Shown piece after piece: positions 27,076 through 35,821 of a DNA stretch of 64,000 bases; position 1 is the first letter of the stretch; every line of letters starts with the position of its first letter. This DNA is from a virus (lineage: Duplodnaviria > Caudoviricetes): the IMG/VR virus record IMGVR_UViG_2883475777_000001, one strand, 5' to 3'. A program made the translations under genes and the position numbers. A model generated the notes under the pieces. It was not told the DNA's origin. It ran no database searches and worked only from the letters and a program-made list of their open reading frames with translations.

Positions 27076-27506
27076 CTTCGTCCTCCTCGATGTCGTCGTT
27101 GGTCGGTGGAACTGCCGCAGGTGTCAGCCCGAGTTCCTGCATCAGCGAGAATTCCTTGGCCCGCTGGCGCAAGGCTTCTTCCCAATCGCGCCCCTGCCGG
27201 GCGTATTCGTGAGCAAGGGTGGTGGTGAGATTGGCCAAACGGGTCGCTTGGGCGCTGGCTTCTTTGGCGGGGTCCACATGCTCGTGGCCATCCCAAAACC
27301 ATTGATGGGGCCATTGAGCGATCGGCCCAGCGTCCGCGGGCAAGAGTCCCGGAATGAGCACCGCTTCGTCGAACCAAGCGGCCAGCACTCGATCGAGCAC
27401 AACCGATTCCAGTTGGGCCTGCTCGACGCGGATCGATTTGAAGTACGTCTGATGATCCAGACGGCCCGAGGCGTAGTTGTATCCCGAGCTGTTTCCCGCC
27501 GCGACG
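27032..27506 (-). CDS. Lambda-type portal protein, 3' half (interrupted gene)
   Basis: NVAAGNSSGYNYASGRLD...WFWDGHEHVDPAKE... continues in frame from ...CLNMPF of the 5' half. Confidence 0.92.
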
Positions 27507-27531
27507 TTGAACGGAGCGCAAGAGGCGGGAT
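27507..27531. other. att junction (left) of the inserted satellite
   Basis: Core TTGAA 27507-27511; arm CAAGAGGCGGGAT 27519-27531 is the exact inverted repeat of 37931-37943. Confidence 0.9.
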
Positions 27532-27555
27532 AAGAGCGAACAATGCAGAACGCGT

Positions 27556-29394
27556 CTATTCGGCGGCGATCCAACCCTTTTGATGGCCGAGGTTGTTAAT
27601 CTTGCCGCTTAAGACGGCCTGCGCAAGGAGGCGAGAAGCGTACGGCCGTCGCACGCCGAGATGGTCGGCTACGTTGCCAAGGAACACCACGTCGTCCTGT
27701 TCGCGGACGAAGCGCGCGGCGTCCCGCCAGCGACCGGGACTGGGAACGTCATCATCGGTAATTGGAATCGTGCCATCGATGCCCAGGTCGTCGCGAAGTT
27801 CGATCGCGCCGTCCCACAGCGTGATCCGGTGCTTGCCGTCGCCACGACGCTCGCGACGAAGAATGATCCGCTTCACGGTCTGGCGAATGGCGAACGCGAG
27901 CTTCTCACGGTCCGCTTCCGACAGGCACTCCAGCAGTTCGTCCAACCGTGCGATGACCTCCAGCGCTTCCGGCGTCGGTGCTTGCTCGCCCTGCACCTGG
28001 TGCAGCTTCTCTTTGAGCTCCGATTCCTGTTTGCGCCACGTCGCCAGCAGCTTCGAGATACCGGGAACGTCCAACGGATCGGCCAGGGCCAGGTTCTCCG
28101 TGCCCCGTTCGATCTTGGCCCACAAGTCGGCAAGCTGCGATTCGTACCGACCGACATCGGTCTGAACCTTTCTCGTGCGACGCGTGATCTCCTTGCGGAT
28201 CGCTCGCTTTGTGCGTTCGTCCGACATGAACGCCTGTAACTTGGACAAGACGCCCTGCTCGATGGTCTCCGCGCGGAAGCTTGGCCGATCCGATTCCTCC
28301 GGGTGTTCCTCGAATTCGCGGGGAGGCAGCGAATAGTACCGTCGCACGACCGCGCGTTGCGAATGGCTCATGGTGCAGCCTTGCAGTCTGCGGCCGTCGC
28401 CGAGAAAGACAACTCCAGTGAGCAGGTACTTGCCTGGCGTTGGAGCCTTGCACGGCTCGCTGTTTCGCTGGAGCTGCTTCTGCGCGCGGTCGAATAACGC
28501 GGGTGTTACGAGCGGCTCGTGGGCGTCTTCGCATGTCACGCCACCATCATCGTAGAGACTGCGAAACTTGCCGCGCCGCCGCTTCTGGCCGGCAACGATC
28601 CTTCCCACGTAGACCGGATTCGTCACCGTGCGTCGAACACTCGTGGCGTTCCACCGGTTGCCATGCATCGTTCGGTAGCCTTGCCGATTGAGCTGGCGGG
28701 CCACGGACCCGCACGACGAGCCTTTTGCAACGGCCTCGAACATCATTCGCACCGCTTCGACAGCTCGCACGTCGGTTGAGATGACCAGTCTCGACGACCA
28801 TTCAATCGGACGCCGGAACTTCTCCGTTGGCGATACGCGGCGGACGACGACACCCGTTTCGTCGAGAATCTCCCGGTCGTAGCCGAACGGTGGCCCGCCC
28901 TGCTTCTGGCCACGACTGATTGCCAGTCGCTTGCCACTAATAACCCGGTCGGCCAGTTTCACCGATTCCTCGCGTGCGCCGTACTGATCGACGATGGCGG
29001 TGATCACGCCGCCCAGGTTGTTGAAGTCGAGTTCGCCGCGCTGGCAGGTGATGATCTTCACGCCGGCGTCCCGTAGCTGCTTCCAATGGATCATCGCGTC
29101 GAACACGTCCTCGCGCGACATCCGGCTTTGTTCAGAAAGCAGAACAGCGCGAAACGCGCCGCCTTTTGCGTCACCGAGCAACCGCTGGAAGTCCTTGCGG
29201 TTGTTCGATTCCGTGCCGGTCAGTCCGTGGTCTTCATACCAGCGGACGATTTTGTAGCCGGCGCGATCGGCCAAGGCCTCAATGTCCTTTCGTTGCCGCG
29301 CGGGGCTATCCTGCTGTTGGTCGGTGCTCATGCGGATGTAGCCAACCGCCGGAACGCGCGACCCGTTTCTCCGTGTAGAATTGCGTTTAGCCAT
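27556..29394 (-). CDS. Large serine recombinase (satellite integrase)
   Basis: VGYIRMST catalytic motif, SEQSRMSR, GPPFGY, recombinase domain, coiled coil; likely ATG 29394 with GGAAAGGG RBS. Confidence 0.92.
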   Translation of the reverse strand: MAKRNSTRRNGSRVPAVGYIRMSTDQQQDSPARQRKDIEALADRAGYKIVRWYEDHGLTGTESNNRKDFQRLLGDAKGGAFRAVLLSEQSRMSREDVFDAMIHWKQLRDAGVKIITCQRGELDFNNLGGVITAIVDQYGAREESVKLADRVISGKRLAISRGQKQGGPPFGYDREILDETGVVVRRVSPTEKFRRPIEWSSRLVISTDVRAVEAVRMMFEAVAKGSSCGSVARQLNRQGYRTMHGNRWNATSVRRTVTNPVYVGRIVAGQKRRRGKFRSLYDDGGVTCEDAHEPLVTPALFDRAQKQLQRNSEPCKAPTPGKYLLTGVVFLGDGRRLQGCTMSHSQRAVVRRYYSLPPREFEEHPEESDRPSFRAETIEQGVLSKLQAFMSDERTKRAIRKEITRRTRKVQTDVGRYESQLADLWAKIERGTENLALADPLDVPGISKLLATWRKQESELKEKLHQVQGEQAPTPEALEVIARLDELLECLSEADREKLAFAIRQTVKRIILRRERRGDGKHRITLWDGAIELRDDLGIDGTIPITDDDVPSPGRWRDAARFVREQDDVVFLGNVADHLGVRRPYASRLLAQAVLSGKINNLGHQKGWIAAE

Positions 29395-29499
29395 GATTGC
29401 CCTTTCCAAACCAAAGGGTGTGAATGGTAAGAGCCGCCGGCGTGTTCGCTGCACGCCGACGGCTCGCTTTGGTTTCAGACGTTGGGTGGTTTCGACTGA

Positions 29500-29703
29500 T
29501 CATCGGCCTTCCAAGATTCCGACGACCGCCGCCAACCTCTGGTTGACTTCAGCCATCGTTCCAACATGCGTCCATGCGATGTCGACCTCGCCGCCGGGTG
29601 CCGGTTGGTCCTGCAACAATTCGCGGATGCGTTGCAACAGGTCCTGCGCAACCAGGTGGGACGTCTCGTAGGCCGGTTCGGCTTGCAATCGTTGTCGTGT
29701 CAT
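29500..29703 (-). CDS. Small protein, homolog of 46087-46314
   Basis: AEPAYETSHLVAQDLLQRIRELL...W.HVG.MAEVN.RL matches the prophage copy. Confidence 0.7.
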   Translation of the reverse strand: MTRQRLQAEPAYETSHLVAQDLLQRIRELLQDQPAPGGEVDIAWTHVGTMAEVNQRLAAVVGILEGR

Positions 29704-29975
29704 TTGGACGCCCTCCGTTTCTTCGCCGCCAAGGTGAAACGACCGGGGCCGGTCTTCTTGAAACGGGCGTCCTTTCCCTTGCCGATGTCTCGAATGATCG
29801 AAGCGTACAAGGTGGCCTGCGGCGTCTTGCCGCCGGGCGAGGTCCACAGGTTTTTCCTTTCCATCGCCTCGATCATCTCTTTGCAGCTCATGGGCTTTCG
29901 GGCTTGCCGCAGCACCTTGATGGCTGCATCGATCTGGCTCAGCTTCGGTTGGGTTGCGGTCTTCTTTCCTGCCAT
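29700..29975 (-). CDS. Winged-helix (HARE-HTH-like) protein, homolog of 46690-47091
   Basis: KLSQIDAAIKVL...LWTSPGGKTPQATLY...ARFKK. Confidence 0.8.
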   Translation of the reverse strand: MAGKKTATQPKLSQIDAAIKVLRQARKPMSCKEMIEAMERKNLWTSPGGKTPQATLYASIIRDIGKGKDARFKKTGPGRFTLAAKKRRASK

Positions 29976-30066
29976 CGTTTCGTCTCCCAATCGGATTGGT
30001 GTTGTTGCGTCGCGAACGCCGCGACGCGTGACAGGACAGTTACCTCGCGTTTTCGGCGTCATCAAG

Positions 30067-30381
30067 CTAGGCGTTGGCATCCTTGGCCAAGTCCGCCGAA
30101 TCGTCGCCAGACGGGCCAACTGTGGGCGACGGGTTGGCCATTTGGGCGTCCAGCCAAGGGTATTCGCCAGCCCGAATCGACGCTTCGATCTGTTTCAGAA
30201 ATTGCCATTCCCACAGCGGGACCATTACGACGTCCTGCTTGCTGTAGCGCTGGATCACAATCGGCTCGTCGGTGTTGGCCACGGATTGATACGCCCATCC
30301 CAGGCTGTCTCGCAGGTGGGTGATCCGCATGACGTGCTCGGGCGTTGGTTCGGGCGTTGGTTCGGGCATTGGCTCGGACAT
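30067..30381 (-). CDS. Phd/YefM-like DNA-binding protein
   Basis: MRITHLRDSL...VANTDEPIVIQRYSKQDVVMVPLWEWQFL resembles the Phd/YefM pattern. Confidence 0.55.
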   Translation of the reverse strand: MSEPMPEPTPEPTPEHVMRITHLRDSLGWAYQSVANTDEPIVIQRYSKQDVVMVPLWEWQFLKQIEASIRAGEYPWLDAQMANPSPTVGPSGDDSADLAKDANA

Positions 30382-30484
30382 GTACAAGAAAGAAACTGTA
30401 GGTAAGTTTGCGACTGTTCCCGCGGGCGTCTCCTGAAGACGGTCGCGAGGTAGGACCCGTTCGCCCAACGGAGGCGATTCAAGG

Positions 30485-30717
30485 TTGCCACCAAGACTGC
30501 CAACATGCCCCCGTCTCTTTTTGGTGGCAATCTTGGCAGTGTTGGCAGCCTTCCCCAAAAACACCGGGAACCACGCGTTCCCTCTACGGCAATTTGGTGG
30601 CCATCTTCCTTTTTGGTGGCAGTGTTGGCAGTCTTGATTCGGTGAAAGATGTCCAAGGCTGCCAAGACTGCCAACTTATTGAGACGGGGGTTGGTGGCAG
30701 TCTTGGTGGCCATCTTG
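30485..30717. repeat. Cluster of TTGG(TG)GCAG-type short repeats in both orientations (candidate satellite ori iterons)
   Basis: Roughly a dozen copies, e.g. ttggtggcaatcttggcagtgttggcag at 30521, ttggtggcagtgttggcagtcttg at 30613, inverted ccaagactgccaac; overlaps the end of the helicase gene. Confidence 0.7.
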
Positions 30718-32286
30718 ATCCGGCAGGCTCCAATACCACTTGCCACCATCCTTCTTGGACCGACCTTCGATCTCCTTGAACGCACGCCGGAGCGTTCGCT
30801 CCGAGAAGCCGTTCTCTCTCGCATCCGCAATCACCTGTTTCGATGGCTGGCGACCTTCAGCGAGCTCGTTGCGCAACCAGGCGACGACCTCACGTCGCTC
30901 CGCGCCTTGAGTGCTCTTGTCGCTGGTCGATTTCAATTCCGCCGCGAAGGCCTCGTCGGCGTGCATGCGAACCGGTTCGAGTTCCCATGCCACGCGGCTG
31001 TCGACGATGCGGTACGCCAGGCCGTCGGGATCGCGTGCGAGGTTTAGCTTGCCGGGCAGGAACAATCGTCGCTCGGGATTCTCCTGGTCCTTGGCCACCG
31101 CCCACACGGCGCGTGAAGCGGCCGCGAATGCCAGCGAGCCCATCGCACGGTACACCGCTTTCGCGCCACCCGACTTGCTGAGATGGGTCACAGCGACAAT
31201 CGCCACCCGATGGCGGCCAGCCAAATCGGCAAGCGGCGCGAGTAGACCTCGGACATCCGTGTTCTTGTGGGAATCAACGCTGCCGGTGTAGGCCGAAATC
31301 GGATCGATCACGACCAGGCGCGCGTCGGGCATCTCTTGCATGACTTCCTCAAGGCGTGGGAGGTCGGCCTCAAGCGAGAAGTGCCGGCGTCTGCCACCTT
31401 CGGCCACGCCTTCGACGGCCACTATGTTCCCGTCGTCCGCGCCGGCCTTGTCCAATCGCGGCGCGATGGTGTCGGCCAGATCGTCCTCGGCGTTGAAGAG
31501 CACGACGCCCGCCGGCGACTGCTTGAGCAAGGGCAGGTCGGGCCACGGCTCGCCGCGCGAAACGCGAGCGGCGATGTCCAGCGTGACGAATGACTTTCCC
31601 AGACCTGGATCGCCGGCCAACAGAGTCAGCTTGCCCAGCGGAATCCGCCCAGGCCACAACCAGTCAAGTAGTTCACGTTCCACGTCTTTCAACCTCCTCT
31701 TGATCGCGTGAGGCGGTGCCGGTGGTCGCCAGAGCGGCGCTGGTGCCGGTGTTGGCTTTGCCGGCTTCGGTGCCTCAAGCATGCCGCGCAGTCCCTCCGT
31801 CAGAAAATCCTCGGGCCGTGGCGGTGGTACGATCCGCTTCGGATTGATCTCCGCTTTCGCCCACGCATCGACCGCCTTCTGCCACGGCGGCACAATCTCG
31901 TCCGCGACTTGGCCGTTGGTCGCACCCGCTTCGCACAGTTCCCACCAGAGTTGCTTGGCCATCTCCATTGCCTGGCAACGTCCGCGCGTGCGACATGCGG
32001 CAACCTCGTGGCCCGTGTGGTAGACCACCTGGTCGCTCTCCATGTCGGGATCGCCGTACATCTCGGCGCTCGGCACGAGCAGTTCGGCTTCCCGTCTTGC
32101 CTGCCGCCGGTCGTTCCAGGCCAGGGCGATGGCTGCCTCGTCGGGCGCATCCCAGGTGGCGACCACCATAGCGCCCTCCATGAAGGCTTGGCGATAGACG
32201 CGTTCGTTGGTTTGGCGCTCGGGCGTGACAGGCCAATGCGGACCGTCGTCGTAGAAGCGAACCGTCTCAGGCGGCAGCGTCACCAT
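30676..32286 (-). CDS. AAA_25 / RepA-like SF4 helicase (satellite replication protein)
   Basis: Walker A AGDPGLGKS, Walker B LVVIDP, VTHLSK motif, C-terminal HTH-like GFSERTLRRA. Confidence 0.85.
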   Translation of the reverse strand: MVTLPPETVRFYDDGPHWPVTPERQTNERVYRQAFMEGAMVVATWDAPDEAAIALAWNDRRQARREAELLVPSAEMYGDPDMESDQVVYHTGHEVAACRTRGRCQAMEMAKQLWWELCEAGATNGQVADEIVPPWQKAVDAWAKAEINPKRIVPPPRPEDFLTEGLRGMLEAPKPAKPTPAPAPLWRPPAPPHAIKRRLKDVERELLDWLWPGRIPLGKLTLLAGDPGLGKSFVTLDIAARVSRGEPWPDLPLLKQSPAGVVLFNAEDDLADTIAPRLDKAGADDGNIVAVEGVAEGGRRRHFSLEADLPRLEEVMQEMPDARLVVIDPISAYTGSVDSHKNTDVRGLLAPLADLAGRHRVAIVAVTHLSKSGGAKAVYRAMGSLAFAAASRAVWAVAKDQENPERRLFLPGKLNLARDPDGLAYRIVDSRVAWELEPVRMHADEAFAAELKSTSDKSTQGAERREVVAWLRNELAEGRQPSKQVIADARENGFSERTLRRAFKEIEGRSKKDGGKWYWSLPDQDGHQDCHQPPSQ

Positions 32287-32434
32287 CGTTGGCCTCCGCT
32301 TGTTTCCGTCGCTTCTCGTAGATGTCGATCAATACGGCGGCCCAGGCGTCGGCGACTTCCTCAGGAAGCTTCTCCTTCGTATCCGGATCCTGCCGGCGCG
32401 CATCCTCAGCGCACGGTGTTGACTTGGTTCTCAT
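32267..32434 (-). CDS. Small hypothetical protein
   Basis: 55 aa (ADAWAAVLIDIYEK) overlapping the helicase start. Confidence 0.45.
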   Translation of the reverse strand: MRTKSTPCAEDARRQDPDTKEKLPEEVADAWAAVLIDIYEKRRKQAEANDGDAAA

Positions 32435-32559
32435 GACCCTCTCCTCGAAACCGCGAATTCTGCTGTCGCAGAGACAAATCGGCGTCGCGGCCTGCAAGTC
32501 CTGGTGCAAGCCACGATTCGCCACGCGGGTGCGGGCCAGTCCATTGAGTGCGGCGCGGA

Positions 32560-34401
32560 CTATTCGCCGTCGGCCTTGTACGCGGCGCGATAATCGCCCA
32601 GCGCGGAACCGAAGTCGTGATAGACTCGCCACGTCGCGGCGAGCTTGTTGGGATCGGCGTCGAAGCCGAAAAACTCAACCGTCGGGCTCTGCTTGCCCTG
32701 CAGGAATGCCACGACGATTGCCGCGTCCTGCCGGCCGGCGAACAGATACCATGCCTTATCGCTGGTGCCGGTGAAGCGAGCTGAGTTCGACAGCCGCGGT
32801 TCGACCTCGAGCGACACGACGTTCTTGAGGGCATTGCCCGTCGGCTCGTCGTTGTTCGCCCGCTGGATAAAGTCGGACTGCAGCAGCTCCTTGGCGGTCT
32901 GCTGCAACTCGGGCGGCACAAGTAACGTGCGAGGTCGGATGTCGAGGTCGCGATCCTCGTCGTCCCGCTGCGCCATCATGCGAGCGATGCCGGTCGCCAG
33001 CGCGATCGCGTCGAGCGTCGATCCGGCACCGGTGTCAAAGTTGCCGTTGCCGGCGCTGAAGAACGAGCCGGCCCCACCGAGCAGCGTCGTGTAGGCCAGA
33101 TCGCTGACCGCGCGCATGGCCGCTCGACCGAGCGACATCGCCGTGTCCTCGAACAGACCGAGGTCGTCGTTGATGATGTCGCGCCGGTCAATCGACAGCA
33201 TCTTGCCAAAGGTATCGACCGAATACTGGTAGGTCGCCTCGTCGATGCTGCCGTGCTTCAGTTCGCCGCCCGGCGCAACCTGCGTCAGGTCACCGGTATC
33301 ACTCGGTCGGATGCCGGTGTGATCCTTGAAGTCGGCAGCCGACTTGATCGCCGCGAACGCACGCCAGGTGGCCGGCGACTCGGTGTAAGCATCGAGAAGC
33401 ACCTTGTTCGCCGCATTCCCAAGCGCGACGGGAAGAGAGTAAGTCGACAGCGCCGCGCGGATCAGGGCCTCGCGTCCCGATGGCGCGTCGCGCTGTTCGA
33501 CCATCAGTGCCGCCCGGCATAGATCAACGAGGCTCGTGGCCCGCAGCTCGCGGGCTTGTTGGGCGGTTTGCGGGCCAAGGTGCTTCTCGACCAGATTCTC
33601 GTGGCCCATGTGGACCAGCACGGCCGCTTCGATCACGTCGCGCGTGGGCGCGACCGTCGTCGTTTGGATGTACGGACCGCGCGGGCGCGACGCTCGCAGC
33701 ACGGCCAGTTCCGTCTGCTGTCCGGACCAGCCTTCTCGGATGGCCTGCGCCTCGATGTCGCCGTGTTCGCCATTGCAGGCACGACGAATCGCCGTGATCC
33801 GTTCGGTTTCGGCAGCCGCTTCGGCACGGATGTCCTCGGCGGTTTTTTCTGTGGTTGTCATGAGAGCCTCTTCTCCTTCCTGCGAAGCGGCGATCGCGAC
33901 CGACGTTCCGGCATCGGCACCAATCGCCACAATGCTGACTTCCTTGAGCGCGGACGACCGCACCAGCGTGAACCCGCTACCGGTCGCCCTGATCGTCCGC
34001 CCGTTTACTTCAACAATGTCGCCGGCGCGTACTCGCTTCGATTCGCCCGGAGCAACACCGACCGACGCCTGAAACTGAAACCCGCTGCGAGCCAGCTCGA
34101 TGATCTGCTTCGCGGCCTCATTGGTGGGCGCGATCGTGCCGGCGACTAGCAACTTGCCGTTGGCGACCGACGCCTGCCCGAAACCCACAACACCTCGCAG
34201 CGTAGAGTCGTGGTCGGCCAGGATGCTGATCTGAGACGCCGAGACGTCGACGCCGGCCAGGTCGAGAACTAGCGGTCCCCATCCAGGCACGACCATCTCA
34301 CCGCCTGTGTAGGCGACGATGGTGACGGCCGGCGTTTTGCCGGCGGCCTGAATATCCACGTCGCTTGTCGCGAGCAGCAGTTCTTCAGTCGCTGTGGACA
34401 T
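32560..34401 (-). CDS. Second protease-scaffold-major capsid fusion protein (satellite)
   Basis: VAYTG, GFQFQASVG, QVAPGGELKHG, DTFGKMLSIDRRDIINDDL, KAWYLFA, YHDFG are colinear with the helper capsid protein. Confidence 0.88.
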   Translation of the reverse strand: MSTATEELLLATSDVDIQAAGKTPAVTIVAYTGGEMVVPGWGPLVLDLAGVDVSASQISILADHDSTLRGVVGFGQASVANGKLLVAGTIAPTNEAAKQIIELARSGFQFQASVGVAPGESKRVRAGDIVEVNGRTIRATGSGFTLVRSSALKEVSIVAIGADAGTSVAIAASQEGEEALMTTTEKTAEDIRAEAAAETERITAIRRACNGEHGDIEAQAIREGWSGQQTELAVLRASRPRGPYIQTTTVAPTRDVIEAAVLVHMGHENLVEKHLGPQTAQQARELRATSLVDLCRAALMVEQRDAPSGREALIRAALSTYSLPVALGNAANKVLLDAYTESPATWRAFAAIKSAADFKDHTGIRPSDTGDLTQVAPGGELKHGSIDEATYQYSVDTFGKMLSIDRRDIINDDLGLFEDTAMSLGRAAMRAVSDLAYTTLLGGAGSFFSAGNGNFDTGAGSTLDAIALATGIARMMAQRDDEDRDLDIRPRTLLVPPELQQTAKELLQSDFIQRANNDEPTGNALKNVVSLEVEPRLSNSARFTGTSDKAWYLFAGRQDAAIVVAFLQGKQSPTVEFFGFDADPNKLAATWRVYHDFGSALGDYRAAYKADGE

Positions 34402-34981
34402 TGGTCGCCTCCTGCGGTTCGAGTTTGGTTCCCTGCGGGAAGAACCGGATGTAGGCGTACTCGTTCGGATCGGTGGACGGTTCGATCACGGTGACCAAGC
34501 CGAGCACGTCGAAGCTCGTCGAGAACCCCATCTTGTAACGAGCGGCTGCAACGCGACGCGCCTTCACGCACTGGCCGAACCGCAGGTTGTTGACCCAGCA
34601 GTAGTGCGTCCAGGACGACCATCGGTCCTGGTCGTTCTCATAGATCCACTCGGCGGCCGCGTCGATGTCCTCCTTGCTCCACTCGAGCCAATCGTTGCCC
34701 GTCCAGGTCATGCCTGGCCGCGCTCCCTTCGGCTGGACGATTCCTTTCTCGGCGAGCTGCCAGAGGTAGATGCCGTCGACGTACAACCCTCGGAGACGCA
34801 GTTCGCGGAATGCGCCTTCCGTCGACTTGGGATAGATCAGCGCCGTGCTGGAGTTGCGACTGCGCATCTTCTCGTCGTCGATGTTGGGTAGCAATTCCAT
34901 CAACTGATCGAAGTCCTCGCGGAGCCAATAGTGCTTCTTGTCGGCCCGGGCTTCGCGGTCCTGCTGTTCAGTTTGCCTCAT
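34385..34981 (-). CDS. Hypothetical protein
   Basis: 198 aa from ATG 34981 (ATGA-coupled to the sigma gene), overlapping the capsid gene start. Confidence 0.6.
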   Translation of the reverse strand: MRQTEQQDREARADKKHYWLREDFDQLMELLPNIDDEKMRSRNSSTALIYPKSTEGAFRELRLRGLYVDGIYLWQLAEKGIVQPKGARPGMTWTGNDWLEWSKEDIDAAAEWIYENDQDRWSSWTHYCWVNNLRFGQCVKARRVAAARYKMGFSTSFDVLGLVTVIEPSTDPNEYAYIRFFPQGTKLEPQEATNVHSD

Positions 34982-35487
34982 CCTTGTTCTCCTTCTTTGA
35001 TGATTGAGAGTTCGCGTTGGACGGTTCGCTTGGGAATTCCCGTCTCCCTGGCGATTTCGTCGACCGTGCAGCCGGCCATCCACAGCGTGCAGACTTCCCG
35101 CCTTCGTTCCGGCAGGCTGCCGAGATAGTCGCGAATCAACCCGTCGACGGCCGGGTCGCGACAACGCGAAGTGCGCGGCGTCGCATAACCCTCGATGTTT
35201 CCCGGCTGGTTGTCAGAGTCGATTCGTGAGACAGCCTTCGGCTCGCGTTTGCCTTCCGAGTAGAAGTCACGGAGGAGGTTGTACTGCCGGCTCGCCATGC
35301 GGTTCTTGGCAAGACCGACGTCCTTCGTCTCACACAAGACCTGCCAGCCGGCCAGAAACAGCTCCTGAATCGCATCCTCCGTGCGATGGTCGTCCCAGCC
35401 ATGCGGTCGCTTGGCCGCGATGAGTTTCTTGACCAACGCCTCCGCAAACGGGTGGAGATCATCGGGGGTGTCGAAGTAATCGGTCAT
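34978..35487 (-). CDS. Sigma-70/ECF-like factor (satellite)
   Basis: Region 2-like EDAIQELFL; region 4 LPERRREVCTLWMAGCTVDEIARETGIPKRTV. Confidence 0.7.
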   Translation of the reverse strand: MTDYFDTPDDLHPFAEALVKKLIAAKRPHGWDDHRTEDAIQELFLAGWQVLCETKDVGLAKNRMASRQYNLLRDFYSEGKREPKAVSRIDSDNQPGNIEGYATPRTSRCRDPAVDGLIRDYLGSLPERRREVCTLWMAGCTVDEIARETGIPKRTVQRELSIIKEGEQG

Positions 35488-35821
35488 CCAATCTCCTTTG
35501 ACCGGCAGGCTTCCTGCGTCTACTCAACTAATCCACGCGCCTCCGCGCAAACGCGCCATCGTAGACTCGAAATCTTCTTGAGACCTCGGCCTCCATCGGA
35601 TCGTCAGTTGTTTGCGTATTAGCTGCGCGGAAATATCACTGATTTTTCTCATGTCCGACGATTGAACTCGCGTTGCAGAATGATAAACTGGGCAATTTAG
35701 TGGAGGCGAGAGCAGTTCGCTGCCGATTCGTGGAGTCGCTGAAACTTTTTGGACTCCGAAGTCGTCTCTCCTTGATAGAGAGGTTTCCATTTTCCCTAGC
35801 CGGCCAACCACGAGGTGTCAA

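Noticed and set aside
27032-27574. 180-aa ORF as an independent gene; 37839-38942 as a complete portal
   Set aside because: The first 22 aa of the former and the last 38 aa of the latter are read-through into satellite DNA; the homologous parts join exactly at the TTGAA core.
30485-30717. Short repeats as CRISPR
   Set aside because: Units are about 9-12 bp, in both orientations, and have no unique spacers.
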